From Clostridiales bacterium (lineage in GTDB: Bacteria > Bacillota > Clostridia > Clostridiales > Oxobacteraceae), in the NCBI GenBank assembly GCA_030016385.1, contig JASEJN010000003.1, positions 15,048 through 79,047 on the forward strand: a stretch of DNA of 64,000 nt, written 5' to 3'. The notes under the pieces are model-generated. The model had not been told where the DNA came from. It ran no database searches and saw only the letters and a program-made list of their open reading frames with translations. Both the position numbers and the translations under genes were made by a program. How positions within the stretch are numbered: position 1 is the first letter of the stretch; every line of letters begins with the position of its first letter. Shown one piece after another: positions 1 through 9,767 of this stretch.

Positions 1-505
1 TTCTTAAGAACCACGTATAATTCACAATAGGAATTCCATTTGCCTTAAATATATCCTTCATTATAATCTTATCCATTCCGACTGCCGAGCCTGTAACCGC
101 ACTACCTACATAGGGAATATTCGCAAGCTCGAAGAGTCCTTGCATTGTCCCATCTTCGCCGTGCATGCCATGAAGTGCAGGAAAGGCAACATCCACCTTG
201 ATCGATTCAGCTTCCTTTTTGAAAAGCCCCGCTTTAAACGGATAAAAGTACAGACATTTCATGGATGGCACAGGCGGCAGGAACACCTTTTTTACACTGC
301 TTAATAGTCTTTTGATATCTTTATAATTCTTAATATTTAAAAGCTCTTCACCTGTATACCAATCTCCATCTTTGCTCACATAAACAGGCACCACATTATA
401 TTTTGACCTGTCTATATTGTCCATCACCTGAAGTCCTGTAATAATTGATACCTCATGTTCTACAGAACGTCCGCCAAACATAACGGCAACATTTAGTTTA
501 GGCAT
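1..505 (-). CDS. ddl: D-alanine--D-alanine ligase, N-terminal ~168 codons (3' end runs off the window)
   Basis: Not in the ORF track because there is no stop in the window. Reverse-strand translation from ATG (503-505) reads [50 protein letters not shown]...[47 protein letters not shown]. This is the typical Ddl N-terminal domain and the start of the ATP-grasp domain. A GGGAGAG Shine-Dalgarno lies upstream. The gene is adjacent to murF. Confidence 0.85.
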   Translation of the reverse strand, partial: MPKLNVAVMFGGRSVEHEVSIITGLQVMDNIDRSKYNVVPVYVSKDGDWYTGEELLNIKNYKDIKRLLSSVKKVFLPPVPSMKCLYFYPFKAGLFKKEAESIKVDVAFPALHGMHGEDGTMQGLFELANIPYVGSAVTGSAVGMDKIIMKDIFKANGIPIVNYTWFLR

Positions 506-542
506 TTTTTAATACTCTCCCTTAAATATAAATTTACTTCGA

Positions 543-2192
543 TTACTTTTCATTATAATTATCCGGAAGATCATTTTCAAATAAAACAACATCATTTACC
601 TTTACTATCTGCCCTATCTTCTTTTGAGCCTCATTCAAATCAGGCACGACTATTATCTTATCTTCCGGGAAATTCCCCATTTTGAGCCCTTCTATGATGG
701 GTTTCGATCTTTTTATTCCAACAAGTATAGCAAGATCACAACACTTAGACATTACCTTGCCAAACTTTTTATTTTCCTCATATTCAATGGAGCCAAGCTC
801 CACCATGCCCGGCGTCACGACTATCCTGCTGCCGTCGGTAAATTCCTTTATAGCTTCCAGCGCTTCTCTTGAACCAACAGGATTTGAATTGAATGCATCG
901 TCTATTACAGTAACACCGTTATTTGTCTTGAGTATTTCCAATCTGTGAGGGACAGGTTCTATTTTCGATATTCCCCTCTTTATCTCATCTGGTGTAAGAC
1001 CGAGTTTGAGGGCTGCACAAATTGCTGCCAGCAAGTTGCTTACATTATGCTTCCCCAGAAGCCTCGTCTGACATTCAAACTCTATTCCATCCTGGCTCTT
1101 AACCTTGAATCTCAATCCTTCCTTTGAAATTTTTATACCCTCGGCAGTTAAAAATATATCGCTGTCGCCGCCTTTTATGCTGTATATAAGCGTTTCAATG
1201 CCTGTTTTCCTCGCAAGGTTCAAGCAGTATGAATTATCTCCGTTAAATATGGCCGTTCCATAATAAGGCAAGGCCTGTATAAGTTCGTACTTTGTCTTAA
1301 CGATATTTGCAAGAGATTTAAATGTTTCAAGATGCTGCGGCCCTATGGATGTTAAAATGCCGACAGTAGGATTTACCAATTTACATAGCGTTTTTATATC
1401 TCCAACATTCCTTGCGCCCATCTCACAGACAAATACTTCATGATTATCTTTCAACTGTTCTCTTATTACCCTTGTTATACCCATCGGAGTATTGTAACTT
1501 TCCGGAGTCATAAGCGTATTGTATTTTTCAGACAGTATTGTCTTCAAAAAATACTTCGTACTTGTCTTCCCATAACTTCCGGTAATACCTATAACCTTTA
1601 GGTTTTTCATTCCTGCGATTTTAAGCTGGGCTATCCTGTAATATCTATAATGCACCAGCATTTCAAATGGGTATATTAAAAAAGTCGATAGAGCCATATT
1701 CAAAGGATGAAGAAATTTTATTAAAGACAGATACAGTATAAAAAATATTATATTCTTGGCTAAAAAGCAAGCCGCACCCGTCCATAACAATAAAAGCAGC
1801 AGGTTAGTTATAAAAAGCCTTATGGCTCTGGGTGTGAACCTTAAAGGTTTTTTAGCCTTTCTTTTAACGGACATGTTTTTATAAATCATATAGACGTTTA
1901 CAAAAGCCCATACGATAAAAGCGCTGTAGCCCAATAAAACTTCGTTCTTGGTTACATAATACAAAGCCAGAAAAAGTCCGGCAACAGCAAGCACAATAAG
2001 CTCCTTTAAAAACAAAGAACATATATTGTTGGTTATCCACCGTAAATACTGGGTAGGTTTGTATCCTTCAAGCTGTGCCATATGCAGCTGCCTGATACTC
2101 AGAAGGTATACAGCCCAAGCGAATATTGAAGCGGATAAAATATATAATATTACAGTCATTCTATTCATTCCCTTCAAAATATTTGGAAACAA
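543..2192 (-). CDS. murF: UDP-N-acetylmuramoyl-tripeptide--D-alanyl-D-alanine ligase (MurF-like Mur ligase) with a ~190-aa N-terminal multi-pass membrane domain
   Basis: Mur ligase P-loop GITGSYGKTSTK. C-terminal motifs DDAFNSNP and PHRLE are typical of MurF. Adjacent to ddl. Residues ~10-190 are 5-6 hydrophobic helices instead of the usual soluble domain 1. The true start may be an internal Met (2168 or 2159), because the 2192 start overlaps the upstream gene by 32 nt. Confidence 0.75.
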   Translation of the reverse strand: MFPNILKGMNRMTVILYILSASIFAWAVYLLSIRQLHMAQLEGYKPTQYLRWITNNICSLFLKELIVLAVAGLFLALYYVTKNEVLLGYSAFIVWAFVNVYMIYKNMSVKRKAKKPLRFTPRAIRLFITNLLLLLLWTGAACFLAKNIIFFILYLSLIKFLHPLNMALSTFLIYPFEMLVHYRYYRIAQLKIAGMKNLKVIGITGSYGKTSTKYFLKTILSEKYNTLMTPESYNTPMGITRVIREQLKDNHEVFVCEMGARNVGDIKTLCKLVNPTVGILTSIGPQHLETFKSLANIVKTKYELIQALPYYGTAIFNGDNSYCLNLARKTGIETLIYSIKGGDSDIFLTAEGIKISKEGLRFKVKSQDGIEFECQTRLLGKHNVSNLLAAICAALKLGLTPDEIKRGISKIEPVPHRLEILKTNNGVTVIDDAFNSNPVGSREALEAIKEFTDGSRIVVTPGMVELGSIEYEENKKFGKVMSKCCDLAILVGIKRSKPIIEGLKMGNFPEDKIIVVPDLNEAQKKIGQIVKVNDVVLFENDLPDNYNEK

Positions 2193-2925
2193 TTATATTG
2201 AAATCATTTATCTTATCCAGATATGAAAAATGTCCGGCTCCTTTGAATACTACAAGCCCTGCATCAGGTATTTCCCTTTCCATTATCTTTGCGTTATTAA
2301 GCGGTGTATCCTTATCGTTTTCACCCCATATCAGAAGAACAGGGGCTTTGATATTCTTAAGATACCCTTTTAAATCCTGGTTTACCACTTTTACAAAGGT
2401 TCCTCGCAGATTCGCCGATTCTCTATAATCTTTTGAACCATACTTTTTATAAAATTTTTCTAATTTGGCATTTTTATCTCTTTCAGGCGTAAACATAATA
2501 TATAACTTTTTCATAATCTTAAATCTATAAACCCTAAAATAATATTTTATAGTCCTCTTCGGAAGTATTCCCGCACTGTCCACCAGGACCACCTTATCCA
2601 CTTTTTGCGGATACAGTGCCGCAAACATTATGGATACCCTTCCTCCAAAGGAGTGCCCTATGATATTTGCTTTTTCGATTTTAAGTTCCTCAAAAAATCT
2701 AACGAGCATTCTGGTATAATCGTCCACACCCCACGGTCTGTCTGGCAATGTCGATTGTCCAAACCCTGGAAAATCCAGAGCGTAAACTTTGAACTTTTGC
2801 GACAGATAGTTAAAAACAGGCAAAAAACTATCCGCTCTGCCCCCCCAGCCATGAAGAAGCACAACATTCTGACCATGGCCAGCCTCTTTATAATATATAT
2901 CCATATTATCTATTTTTAAATACAT
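2161..2925 (-). CDS. alpha/beta-fold hydrolase
   Basis: HGWGG oxyanion motif and GHSFGG nucleophile elbow; C-terminal GAGHF. Start placed at MYLKIDNMDIYY (2925) rather than at the ORF-track Met at 2973. Confidence 0.8.
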   Translation of the reverse strand: MYLKIDNMDIYYKEAGHGQNVVLLHGWGGRADSFLPVFNYLSQKFKVYALDFPGFGQSTLPDRPWGVDDYTRMLVRFFEELKIEKANIIGHSFGGRVSIMFAALYPQKVDKVVLVDSAGILPKRTIKYYFRVYRFKIMKKLYIMFTPERDKNAKLEKFYKKYGSKDYRESANLRGTFVKVVNQDLKGYLKNIKAPVLLIWGENDKDTPLNNAKIMEREIPDAGLVVFKGAGHFSYLDKINDFNIIVSKYFEGNE

Positions 2926-3041
2926 CAAACTCGACCTTTCAAGCAGCCGCGCTTTAAACGCACAGCCCACCATAATATGATATGTATGAATACTACTCTA
3001 TATTATATATAAAGACAGGTTAAATTGAAAGAGAATTAGAA

Positions 3042-3083
3042 AAAGGTGCATGTTTTATATTCGAATATAAAACATGCACCTTT
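3042..3083 (-). terminator. Rho-independent terminator ending the upstream glycan-catabolism transcription unit
   Basis: Near-perfect palindrome AAAGGTGCATGTTTTATATTCGAATATAAAACATGCACCTTT (about a 19-20 bp stem), followed on the minus strand by TTTTTCT. It lies 13 nt after the stop of the 3096-4250 gene. Confidence 0.75.
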
Positions 3084-3095
3084 CCATATGGATAT

Positions 3096-4250
3096 TCAAG
3101 ATTCAGCATGATCGGAGGCTATGTCTTCCCCGCTCCATATTTTCTGCTGGGTCCATTTTTCATCCTCATCTGTCCAGAATTCATCTTTATAAGAAAGGCC
3201 CAGCGGGAGGAACACTGTTGAGCATAAATAAAGGCTTCCTGTTGAGATATATCCCTCTCCCAATCCGGGCTGTCTCCCATACAACCCTATTTTAAGCCAG
3301 CCATTTTCATCAAACGTGCCAGGCGCTTCAAAACACTTTTTTATAACTGCCTGCAGTGCACATCTGACCTGCGCAGGCAGCAATCCATCAGGCAATTCCC
3401 TTTTTAATGCCATTTGCGCAAGAAGCTGAAAAGCACCGCACCTGTATGTAATCGATCTTCCTAGAGGTGGAAAAGTACCATCTGGGGAAATCAGCCTTTC
3501 CAGTACAGCAGAGTATCTTCTTGCCCTGTTTAGAATTTTTTTCTTTAATTCATCTGGAAAATTCATCTCTTTGTACATATTCGCTTTTATCAGAATAATA
3601 TCCACAAGCATCGGCTGTATGACATAACTATTATAATAATTCCAGACGAATTTCGGCCCATCGCCATATACTCCATCGCCCTTATACCATTGCTCATGCT
3701 CTTTTATTGCATAATCTATCCTGACCTCATCACATTCGCCTGTCATTATATAAAGGGCAGTTTCGACCATCGCTGAAAAAAGCAGCCAGTTGCAGTAAGG
3801 CGGACGTATTTTCCGTGTCGATTTAAGAGCCCGCACAAGATTGTCCTTAACCCTACCTTCAAGTTTTTCCCACAGTTCCCGGGGAGCCCTTACAATAGCA
3901 TTTGAAAGGAACCCGGTATCAACTAAATATTGTGAAAATACCCTTTCGTTCCCGTCAAAGGTGCAAAAGTCGGATGAAGATGGATCCGTTGCCGCATCGA
4001 TAGCTTCTCTCGCAAGTTGGGCATATTTTGACCTTAACTCTTCCTCTTCCCCCTCGCATAGATCCGATTCAAGCCAGGGTGCAATTCCTGTCAATGTGCG
4101 TCCCAATGCCTCGAGATATGTATATTTTTCTCTGCCATCTACCTTCATCTCGACGGGCATCCGAGCCTTAAGATTCCTCCTTGACATATTCTCAAGTACA
4201 GGATCAATAATTTTTATCATCATATCTAGCCAGTATTTCCTATTGTCCAT
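3096..4250 (-). CDS. cytoplasmic helical glycan-active protein, tentatively DUF2264 (GH154-related) family
   Basis: The N-terminus NRKYWLDMMIKIIDPVLENMSRRNLKARMPVE...YLEALGRTLTGIAPWLE matches my recollection of DUF2264 N-termini. No signal peptide. Last gene of a glycoside hydrolase operon. The family call was not verifiable here. Confidence 0.45.
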   Translation of the reverse strand: MDNRKYWLDMMIKIIDPVLENMSRRNLKARMPVEMKVDGREKYTYLEALGRTLTGIAPWLESDLCEGEEEELRSKYAQLAREAIDAATDPSSSDFCTFDGNERVFSQYLVDTGFLSNAIVRAPRELWEKLEGRVKDNLVRALKSTRKIRPPYCNWLLFSAMVETALYIMTGECDEVRIDYAIKEHEQWYKGDGVYGDGPKFVWNYYNSYVIQPMLVDIILIKANMYKEMNFPDELKKKILNRARRYSAVLERLISPDGTFPPLGRSITYRCGAFQLLAQMALKRELPDGLLPAQVRCALQAVIKKCFEAPGTFDENGWLKIGLYGRQPGLGEGYISTGSLYLCSTVFLPLGLSYKDEFWTDEDEKWTQQKIWSGEDIASDHAES

Positions 4251-4305
4251 TTATTGCTTCCTCCCCTTATAACAATTTGTAAGGAATTCATTTAAACTTT
4301 AGATG

Positions 4306-6273
4306 TCATTTTTCATTTACCCAGACAGTCATTTCCCCTGTTCCACGATTGGCCCAGGCGAAATATGGAATAAATTTAATATTTTCCTTATAGACCTCAG
4401 CCGAAGTATTTGCTTTATACAATTGGTCACCCCAGTTATTGTTTACCCGTTCAGCTTCAGCGGCAATAACAGGGATCCCGCCTAAAAGGTCATTATCAAA
4501 TTCAACTCTTAATTGAGATTCTTTAGGGAGTATGATTTCATGTAAGTTTGCCCCATTATCCGCCTCTTCAAGGCAATACACAACAGGTCCTCTTTGTACG
4601 GCAACCTTCCCCATATCTTCCCTGACTTTAGGATTTGCCCTAACGCGAAGTGCAGGCATTGTAAATAGCAACTCTATAGTATCTCCATCTTTCCACGTCC
4701 TGCTTATTGTTGCATAACCGTCTACGATTTTACTATAAAGCTGTATATTTTTTCCGTTTACATTTACCGACGCATTACTGCACCATCCCGGAACGCGCAA
4801 TGCTAAATCAAAGTCCTTTTCTTCCTTTAGCGAAATTTTCATGATAATCTTACCATCCCACGGATATTGAGTATCTTCAGATATTTTTATTTTACTTCCA
4901 TTTAATTCAGTTTCCACTTCCCCGCCCACATATAAATTTATGTAAATAGTTGAATCATTTTTGCTGTAAATATAATATCCAAGAGATGTAAGAAGCCTTG
5001 CTATATTAGGGGGACAGCAAGCGCAGCCGAACCACTTTTGCCTTTCGGGCTTAACATGGAATTTTGTCTGATTTTTTTTACAGGCCTCAGGTACTACTTC
5101 CAGCGGATTTACATAAAAAAATCTTTTCCCATCCCTGGACATTGCACTTATTATTATGTTGTATAAAGCCCTTTCCATAACATCTGCGTAAATGCCCTTG
5201 GGTTCTATATGCATCATCCTATTGGCAAAAAACATTAAACCGACAGATGCGCAGGTTTCAGCATATACTGTATCGTTAGGAAGATCATAATCAAAGGAGA
5301 AAGCCTCGCCATACGCCTGCGAACCTATACCCCCGGTTATGTACATTCTCTTTGACACTATATTGTTCCATAGTCTCCTGCAAGCATTTAAAAGCTCTGC
5401 ATCCCCTGTTTCAGCCGCCACATCGGCCATTCCCGAGTACATATATACCGCTCTAACTGCATGTCCGACTGCGGCAGATTGCTCTCTTACGGGCAAATGC
5501 GTTTGATTGTACTCGCTATTCTTGCTCGGCCTATTGGAAATCCTGCCGGTCCAGTTAGATATCCTCCCGCGCTTTTCCCACTCGATATCAAAATAATATG
5601 GCTTGTTTCCACGTTCATCAATAAAATATTTGCCGAGTTTAAGATATTTTTCTTCATCTGTAGCATGATATAATTTTACCAGCGCAAGTTCAATCTCTTG
5701 ATGTCCTGGGTACCCTCTTTTCTTCCCAATTTCAGGCCCGAAAACCGAATCTATATGATCTGCAAGTTTACATGCCACATTAAGCAGCTTTTTTTTGCCT
5801 GTCGCCTCATAATATGCCACGGCGGCTTCAATCATATGGCCGGCACAATATAGCTCATGGCATTCGCAAAGGTTAGTCCATCTATTCTCCGGCTCTTTGA
5901 TAATGAAATATGTATCGAGGTATCCGTCTTTTTGTTGGGCTTTCTCGATTATATCTATCACCCCATCGGCTGTTTTTTCAAGCTCGCTATCCGGATGCGT
6001 CTCAAGACTGTAAGCAACAGCTTCCAACCATTTTGCCACATCGCTGTCTTGAAAAACCATACCATAAAATTCGCCTTGTTCCATTCCTGCTGCGATTTTG
6101 AAATTTTTTATGGCATGGCTGGGGTCTGCACCGGGTATTCTATCGTTGAGCGCATCCCACTGATAAGGCAATACCACATCACGAACCAAATCGATATACT
6201 TCGACCAAAAACCATCATTGATCTTTACATTTTTTAGAGGTAGCGATACCGAGTTCTTAAATTTCGCCTGCAT
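4306..6273 (-). CDS. glycoside hydrolase family 127 beta-L-arabinofuranosidase (DUF1680)
   Basis: N-terminus VKINDGFWSKYIDLVRDVVLPYQWDALND. The Zn/catalytic cysteine motifs of HypBA1-type enzymes are present (AETCAS and FGCACCPPNIARL). 655 aa, no signal peptide. Confidence 0.85.
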   Translation of the reverse strand: MQAKFKNSVSLPLKNVKINDGFWSKYIDLVRDVVLPYQWDALNDRIPGADPSHAIKNFKIAAGMEQGEFYGMVFQDSDVAKWLEAVAYSLETHPDSELEKTADGVIDIIEKAQQKDGYLDTYFIIKEPENRWTNLCECHELYCAGHMIEAAVAYYEATGKKKLLNVACKLADHIDSVFGPEIGKKRGYPGHQEIELALVKLYHATDEEKYLKLGKYFIDERGNKPYYFDIEWEKRGRISNWTGRISNRPSKNSEYNQTHLPVREQSAAVGHAVRAVYMYSGMADVAAETGDAELLNACRRLWNNIVSKRMYITGGIGSQAYGEAFSFDYDLPNDTVYAETCASVGLMFFANRMMHIEPKGIYADVMERALYNIIISAMSRDGKRFFYVNPLEVVPEACKKNQTKFHVKPERQKWFGCACCPPNIARLLTSLGYYIYSKNDSTIYINLYVGGEVETELNGSKIKISEDTQYPWDGKIIMKISLKEEKDFDLALRVPGWCSNASVNVNGKNIQLYSKIVDGYATISRTWKDGDTIELLFTMPALRVRANPKVREDMGKVAVQRGPVVYCLEEADNGANLHEIILPKESQLRVEFDNDLLGGIPVIAAEAERVNNNWGDQLYKANTSAEVYKENIKFIPYFAWANRGTGEMTVWVNEK

Positions 6274-6358
6274 CTTTATTTTCCCCTTTCCATAGGTTCA
6301 TTTTTTATATTGAAAATATTATAAAAAGCCCTTAGAGTCTGCATGCACCTATTTTCCA

Positions 6359-7633
6359 TTATTTGATTTTCGTCAGTTTAAATAATTTCGAACTATGAGG
6401 TTTGAATTCAAATCTTACATCTGAATTAACCATGCCTGAATTTTGATGACTCCAGAGATTTCTAAGCATATATTCCCCATGTAGCCCAAGATCGGAAAAT
6501 TTAATACTTATATCCTGAACCGATTCGTTTAAATTAAACAAAGCAACATAAATTTCGTCATTATCGCCTGCAGCCGTCCATACAACTTTATCATCTTTTC
6601 TATATAGTTGCCTGTTTGAATTGGAATTTTTCAGTATAGATAATACTTCCTCATTTGTTATAAGATCCAGTGTCCACTTATCATTATGAGTCATCTCTCC
6701 TCCGAACATTAGAGGTGAACGAGCAATGCACCACAGGGACATCAATGTTACCTGCTCATCCTTGGTAAAGCCGCTCCATTTTCCCTTGCCGCCAAAAGAA
6801 GCTTCTCTCAAGCAAATATGTCCGAGGGGAAGCATATCTGCATCCGGCCAGCGGCCTGGTCCCATATGTTCATTCCAGTCAGCCAAAAGTTTAAACTGCT
6901 TATAGAGCTGTTCCCAGTTATCCCAGAAGTCTCCTGAAATACGCCACATGTTTGCATGTGCTTTCAAATGCTCGGCAAATTCCAACGGAGCAGGCCCCGG
7001 TGAAAGGCTGAGTACTATATCTCTGCTGCAATTCGATATCGCATTCTGAACTAGCTCGACTTCTCCAGCGGAATATGGGGAACAGATATCATCGACTTTA
7101 ATAAAATCGATTCCCCACCCGGCGTACATGTTGATTATAGAATTATAATATTCCTGTGCGCCTTCTTTAGACGCATCTATTCCGTACATATCGGTATTCC
7201 ATGAACATACAGAGTTGATATTTGCAATGTCTGCTGCATGTTTATCCGAGCCTAATACAGGCGTATTGGCCTTAACCGCTTGCCTGGGTATGCCTCTTAA
7301 TATATGTATCCCAAACTTAAGCCCCAATGAGTGTACATAATCGGCCAGTTTTGCAAAACCCTTTCCATCCTTTGCACAGGGAAATCTATTTGCTGAAGGA
7401 ATCAATCTGCCATACCCATCCATATCAAGATGAGCATATGGATGGTACTGAGTCGAGTCTGCCGTAGGCTCATACCATTGTATATCCACAACTATATATT
7501 CCCAGCCAAACTTTTTGAGCTTCTCCGCCATATAACCAGCATTTCCACGCACTTCCCTCTCGCAGACACTTGCTCCATAGCAATCCCAACTGTTCCACCC
7601 CATCGGTGGGGTTAGTGCTAAATTTTTATTCAT
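6359..7633 (-). CDS. glycoside hydrolase family 27 (alpha-galactosidase or beta-L-arabinopyranosidase)
   Basis: LALTPPMGWNSWDCYG N-terminal signature and the GIDFIKVDD catalytic-region motif. 424 aa, no signal peptide. Confidence 0.85.
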   Translation of the reverse strand: MNKNLALTPPMGWNSWDCYGASVCEREVRGNAGYMAEKLKKFGWEYIVVDIQWYEPTADSTQYHPYAHLDMDGYGRLIPSANRFPCAKDGKGFAKLADYVHSLGLKFGIHILRGIPRQAVKANTPVLGSDKHAADIANINSVCSWNTDMYGIDASKEGAQEYYNSIINMYAGWGIDFIKVDDICSPYSAGEVELVQNAISNCSRDIVLSLSPGPAPLEFAEHLKAHANMWRISGDFWDNWEQLYKQFKLLADWNEHMGPGRWPDADMLPLGHICLREASFGGKGKWSGFTKDEQVTLMSLWCIARSPLMFGGEMTHNDKWTLDLITNEEVLSILKNSNSNRQLYRKDDKVVWTAAGDNDEIYVALFNLNESVQDISIKFSDLGLHGEYMLRNLWSHQNSGMVNSDVRFEFKPHSSKLFKLTKIK

Positions 7634-7705
7634 TTATTTTCGCCTCTATATATTTAATATTATATCTAGATAAAAAGTATTTTCCTCTATTCAGCTTTTT
7701 TATTA

Positions 7706-9613
7706 CTATATGCGCTTTAAACATAAAAAGCTCAATGGAGGTATACTGATTTTCGTATCTTCCAGCTTAACCATGCATTTTGTTATACAGCTTGTTTCGC
7801 TTGTTTCATGCACCATGCGCCCTTTTCCTCTTAAACCATCCTCACAGATCCAATCTTTAGAAGGAAGAAGTGCTTCAAATTCTTTACCTGAATGATTAAT
7901 GATAAATAATTGCTCTTTTCCCATTATAGTTTTGGTCGCCAGAGCAAATACTCTGCTATCCCCTGTATCTACCTTTGCTGAAAAGCAAGGTTCAAACACT
8001 CTTGCAAACATGGCAAAAATCTGTCCCATACAGGATAGATAACAAGTTTCCTTTGTAGCTTCAATAATATTCTGTCCCCATGTATTGCACATATTATTGA
8101 AATTCGCCAGTGCAAATTCCCCGCCATAACTCATATAATCCAAAAGTCTGTGGGCTCCGTTCAATGCATAATTCCAGCTTATCTGCTGTGTGGAAAAAAT
8201 ATTAGCATAATCGTTGGTAATCTTGCCACTCCATACAAAATCCAAAGGCATATGTGGATCCTCAAAAGGCTCTATGCTATGACAAGACGGCAACCATTCC
8301 GTATTAACAAGTTTTAAGTTTGTCTTGTTTTTTAGGTTATATTCTCTTATTACCGGAAGTATCTTTTCTACAAATTCCGGATTGCCATTCCTATAAATCA
8401 CATAATTGATGTCTCTGCCAGCAATCTCAAGCATTTTGGGAAGCAACTCAGGGGCATATGAATATGCCGCCATCATTAATTCAATAGAACAATCTGCCAA
8501 GCGCATTTCTCTGGCAAATCTGACACATTCTTTTGCATACTGTTCTGCCGTCCATTTTCTTCCAGGTTCATTATCCATTTCAAACAGTTTAACACCATAA
8601 GGCTCTAAATGCTCATTCAGCATACGGAGACGTCCCATACCCATATCAGCATCAGCATTTAGATATTCCACCATCTGTCTTGCCTTAAAAGGTATAGATG
8701 TCATCATATTAAAACATATCTGCGGTTCAAAACCAACCAGTTGCGACAGGTGTAAAAATTCATCCAACCCTACATCGTTTTCTTCCAGTCCTCCCCAATA
8801 AAAACTCGGCTGTGATTCACGGACATTCCTATCACCCACAGAACTCTCCCAATTATAAAAGCTTGTGAAACATCCTCCTGGAAAACGTACCACACTTGGT
8901 GCCGCTTTCTTTAACTTTTCCACTACATCCTTTCTCCATCCATCCATATTATCTGCAGGCATTAAAGAAGCGAAAGAAAGTATCATGGTCCCCTTAAACG
9001 AAAATGTAATGCGGATATCAGCTATCATGCTCTCTTTTACTTTAAATATCCAATCATAATTCCTTGAAACAGTAGTTAGCCCAAATACAATTTCCTGGCT
9101 ACCTATCTGCACCCTCACTTCATGTTTCTGAGTGCTATGTATTGTATCACCGAATCCATTCAGTCCGGCCGCAGCAATATCTCCCTGTACCCCTGCAAAT
9201 AATTTAAAGCAGTATTCTCTCCCCTTCTGCAGATGAATCTCCTTTTGGACCAATCCGCAAAGCTTACCCTCTACCTCATTCATTAAGGTACAAGCAGTTA
9301 TCCCTTTGTATGTGTGAGTACCGCATGTATGTCCTATTTTAGGCTTTCCAAAGGGTTCCCAGTCAAACTCCTCATAACCGCTGTGCCAAAATGGCGCTCT
9401 GCTATCATAATGTTCTTTATCCAGTCCCAGCCATTCCCATGTTGGGCTCTTGTATTCCGGCACAATGCGGAAAGAACGATTATAGAGCATTTCGCTCCAC
9501 ATGCCGTTTACCTGTCTGCCAAAACCGGACTCTATAAAATTACCGAAAATCCTTCTATCAACAGGAGTCTTGGTCCATTCTGACAAAATCTTCAACTGAA
9601 TCATCCCATTCAA
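7706..9613 (-). CDS. divergent GH51-like clan GH-A glycoside hydrolase (putative arabinofuranosidase-like)
   Basis: VVRFPGGCFTSFYNWESSVG parallels the GH51 motif [13 protein letters not shown] seen in abfA at 23114-24598. FEMDNEP is the likely acid/base strand. Otherwise only weakly similar to the abfA paralog. No signal peptide. Confidence 0.5.
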   Translation of the reverse strand: MNGMIQLKILSEWTKTPVDRRIFGNFIESGFGRQVNGMWSEMLYNRSFRIVPEYKSPTWEWLGLDKEHYDSRAPFWHSGYEEFDWEPFGKPKIGHTCGTHTYKGITACTLMNEVEGKLCGLVQKEIHLQKGREYCFKLFAGVQGDIAAAGLNGFGDTIHSTQKHEVRVQIGSQEIVFGLTTVSRNYDWIFKVKESMIADIRITFSFKGTMILSFASLMPADNMDGWRKDVVEKLKKAAPSVVRFPGGCFTSFYNWESSVGDRNVRESQPSFYWGGLEENDVGLDEFLHLSQLVGFEPQICFNMMTSIPFKARQMVEYLNADADMGMGRLRMLNEHLEPYGVKLFEMDNEPGRKWTAEQYAKECVRFAREMRLADCSIELMMAAYSYAPELLPKMLEIAGRDINYVIYRNGNPEFVEKILPVIREYNLKNKTNLKLVNTEWLPSCHSIEPFEDPHMPLDFVWSGKITNDYANIFSTQQISWNYALNGAHRLLDYMSYGGEFALANFNNMCNTWGQNIIEATKETCYLSCMGQIFAMFARVFEPCFSAKVDTGDSRVFALATKTIMGKEQLFIINHSGKEFEALLPSKDWICEDGLRGKGRMVHETSETSCITKCMVKLEDTKISIPPLSFLCLKRI

Positions 9614-9767
9614 CCTTCCATTTCAATTTTTTTATTTCTTTTATTCCACTAATGAAAACCTTAAGCAAGAATTTTTACATTTTATATTTTTAAACTTTTT
9701 AATCAAAAAATAGCCACAAAAAGACATTAATATAAAAAGTTATCATCCCTAGAATAACTTTCTATAT

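Noticed and set aside
9735-9760. Weak hairpin AAGTTAT-N10-ATAACTT followed by TTTTTAT after the DUF5107-like gene
   Set aside because: It is only a 7-bp all-A/T-rich stem. It could be a leaky terminator that subdivides the cluster, but the evidence is too weak to list as a feature.
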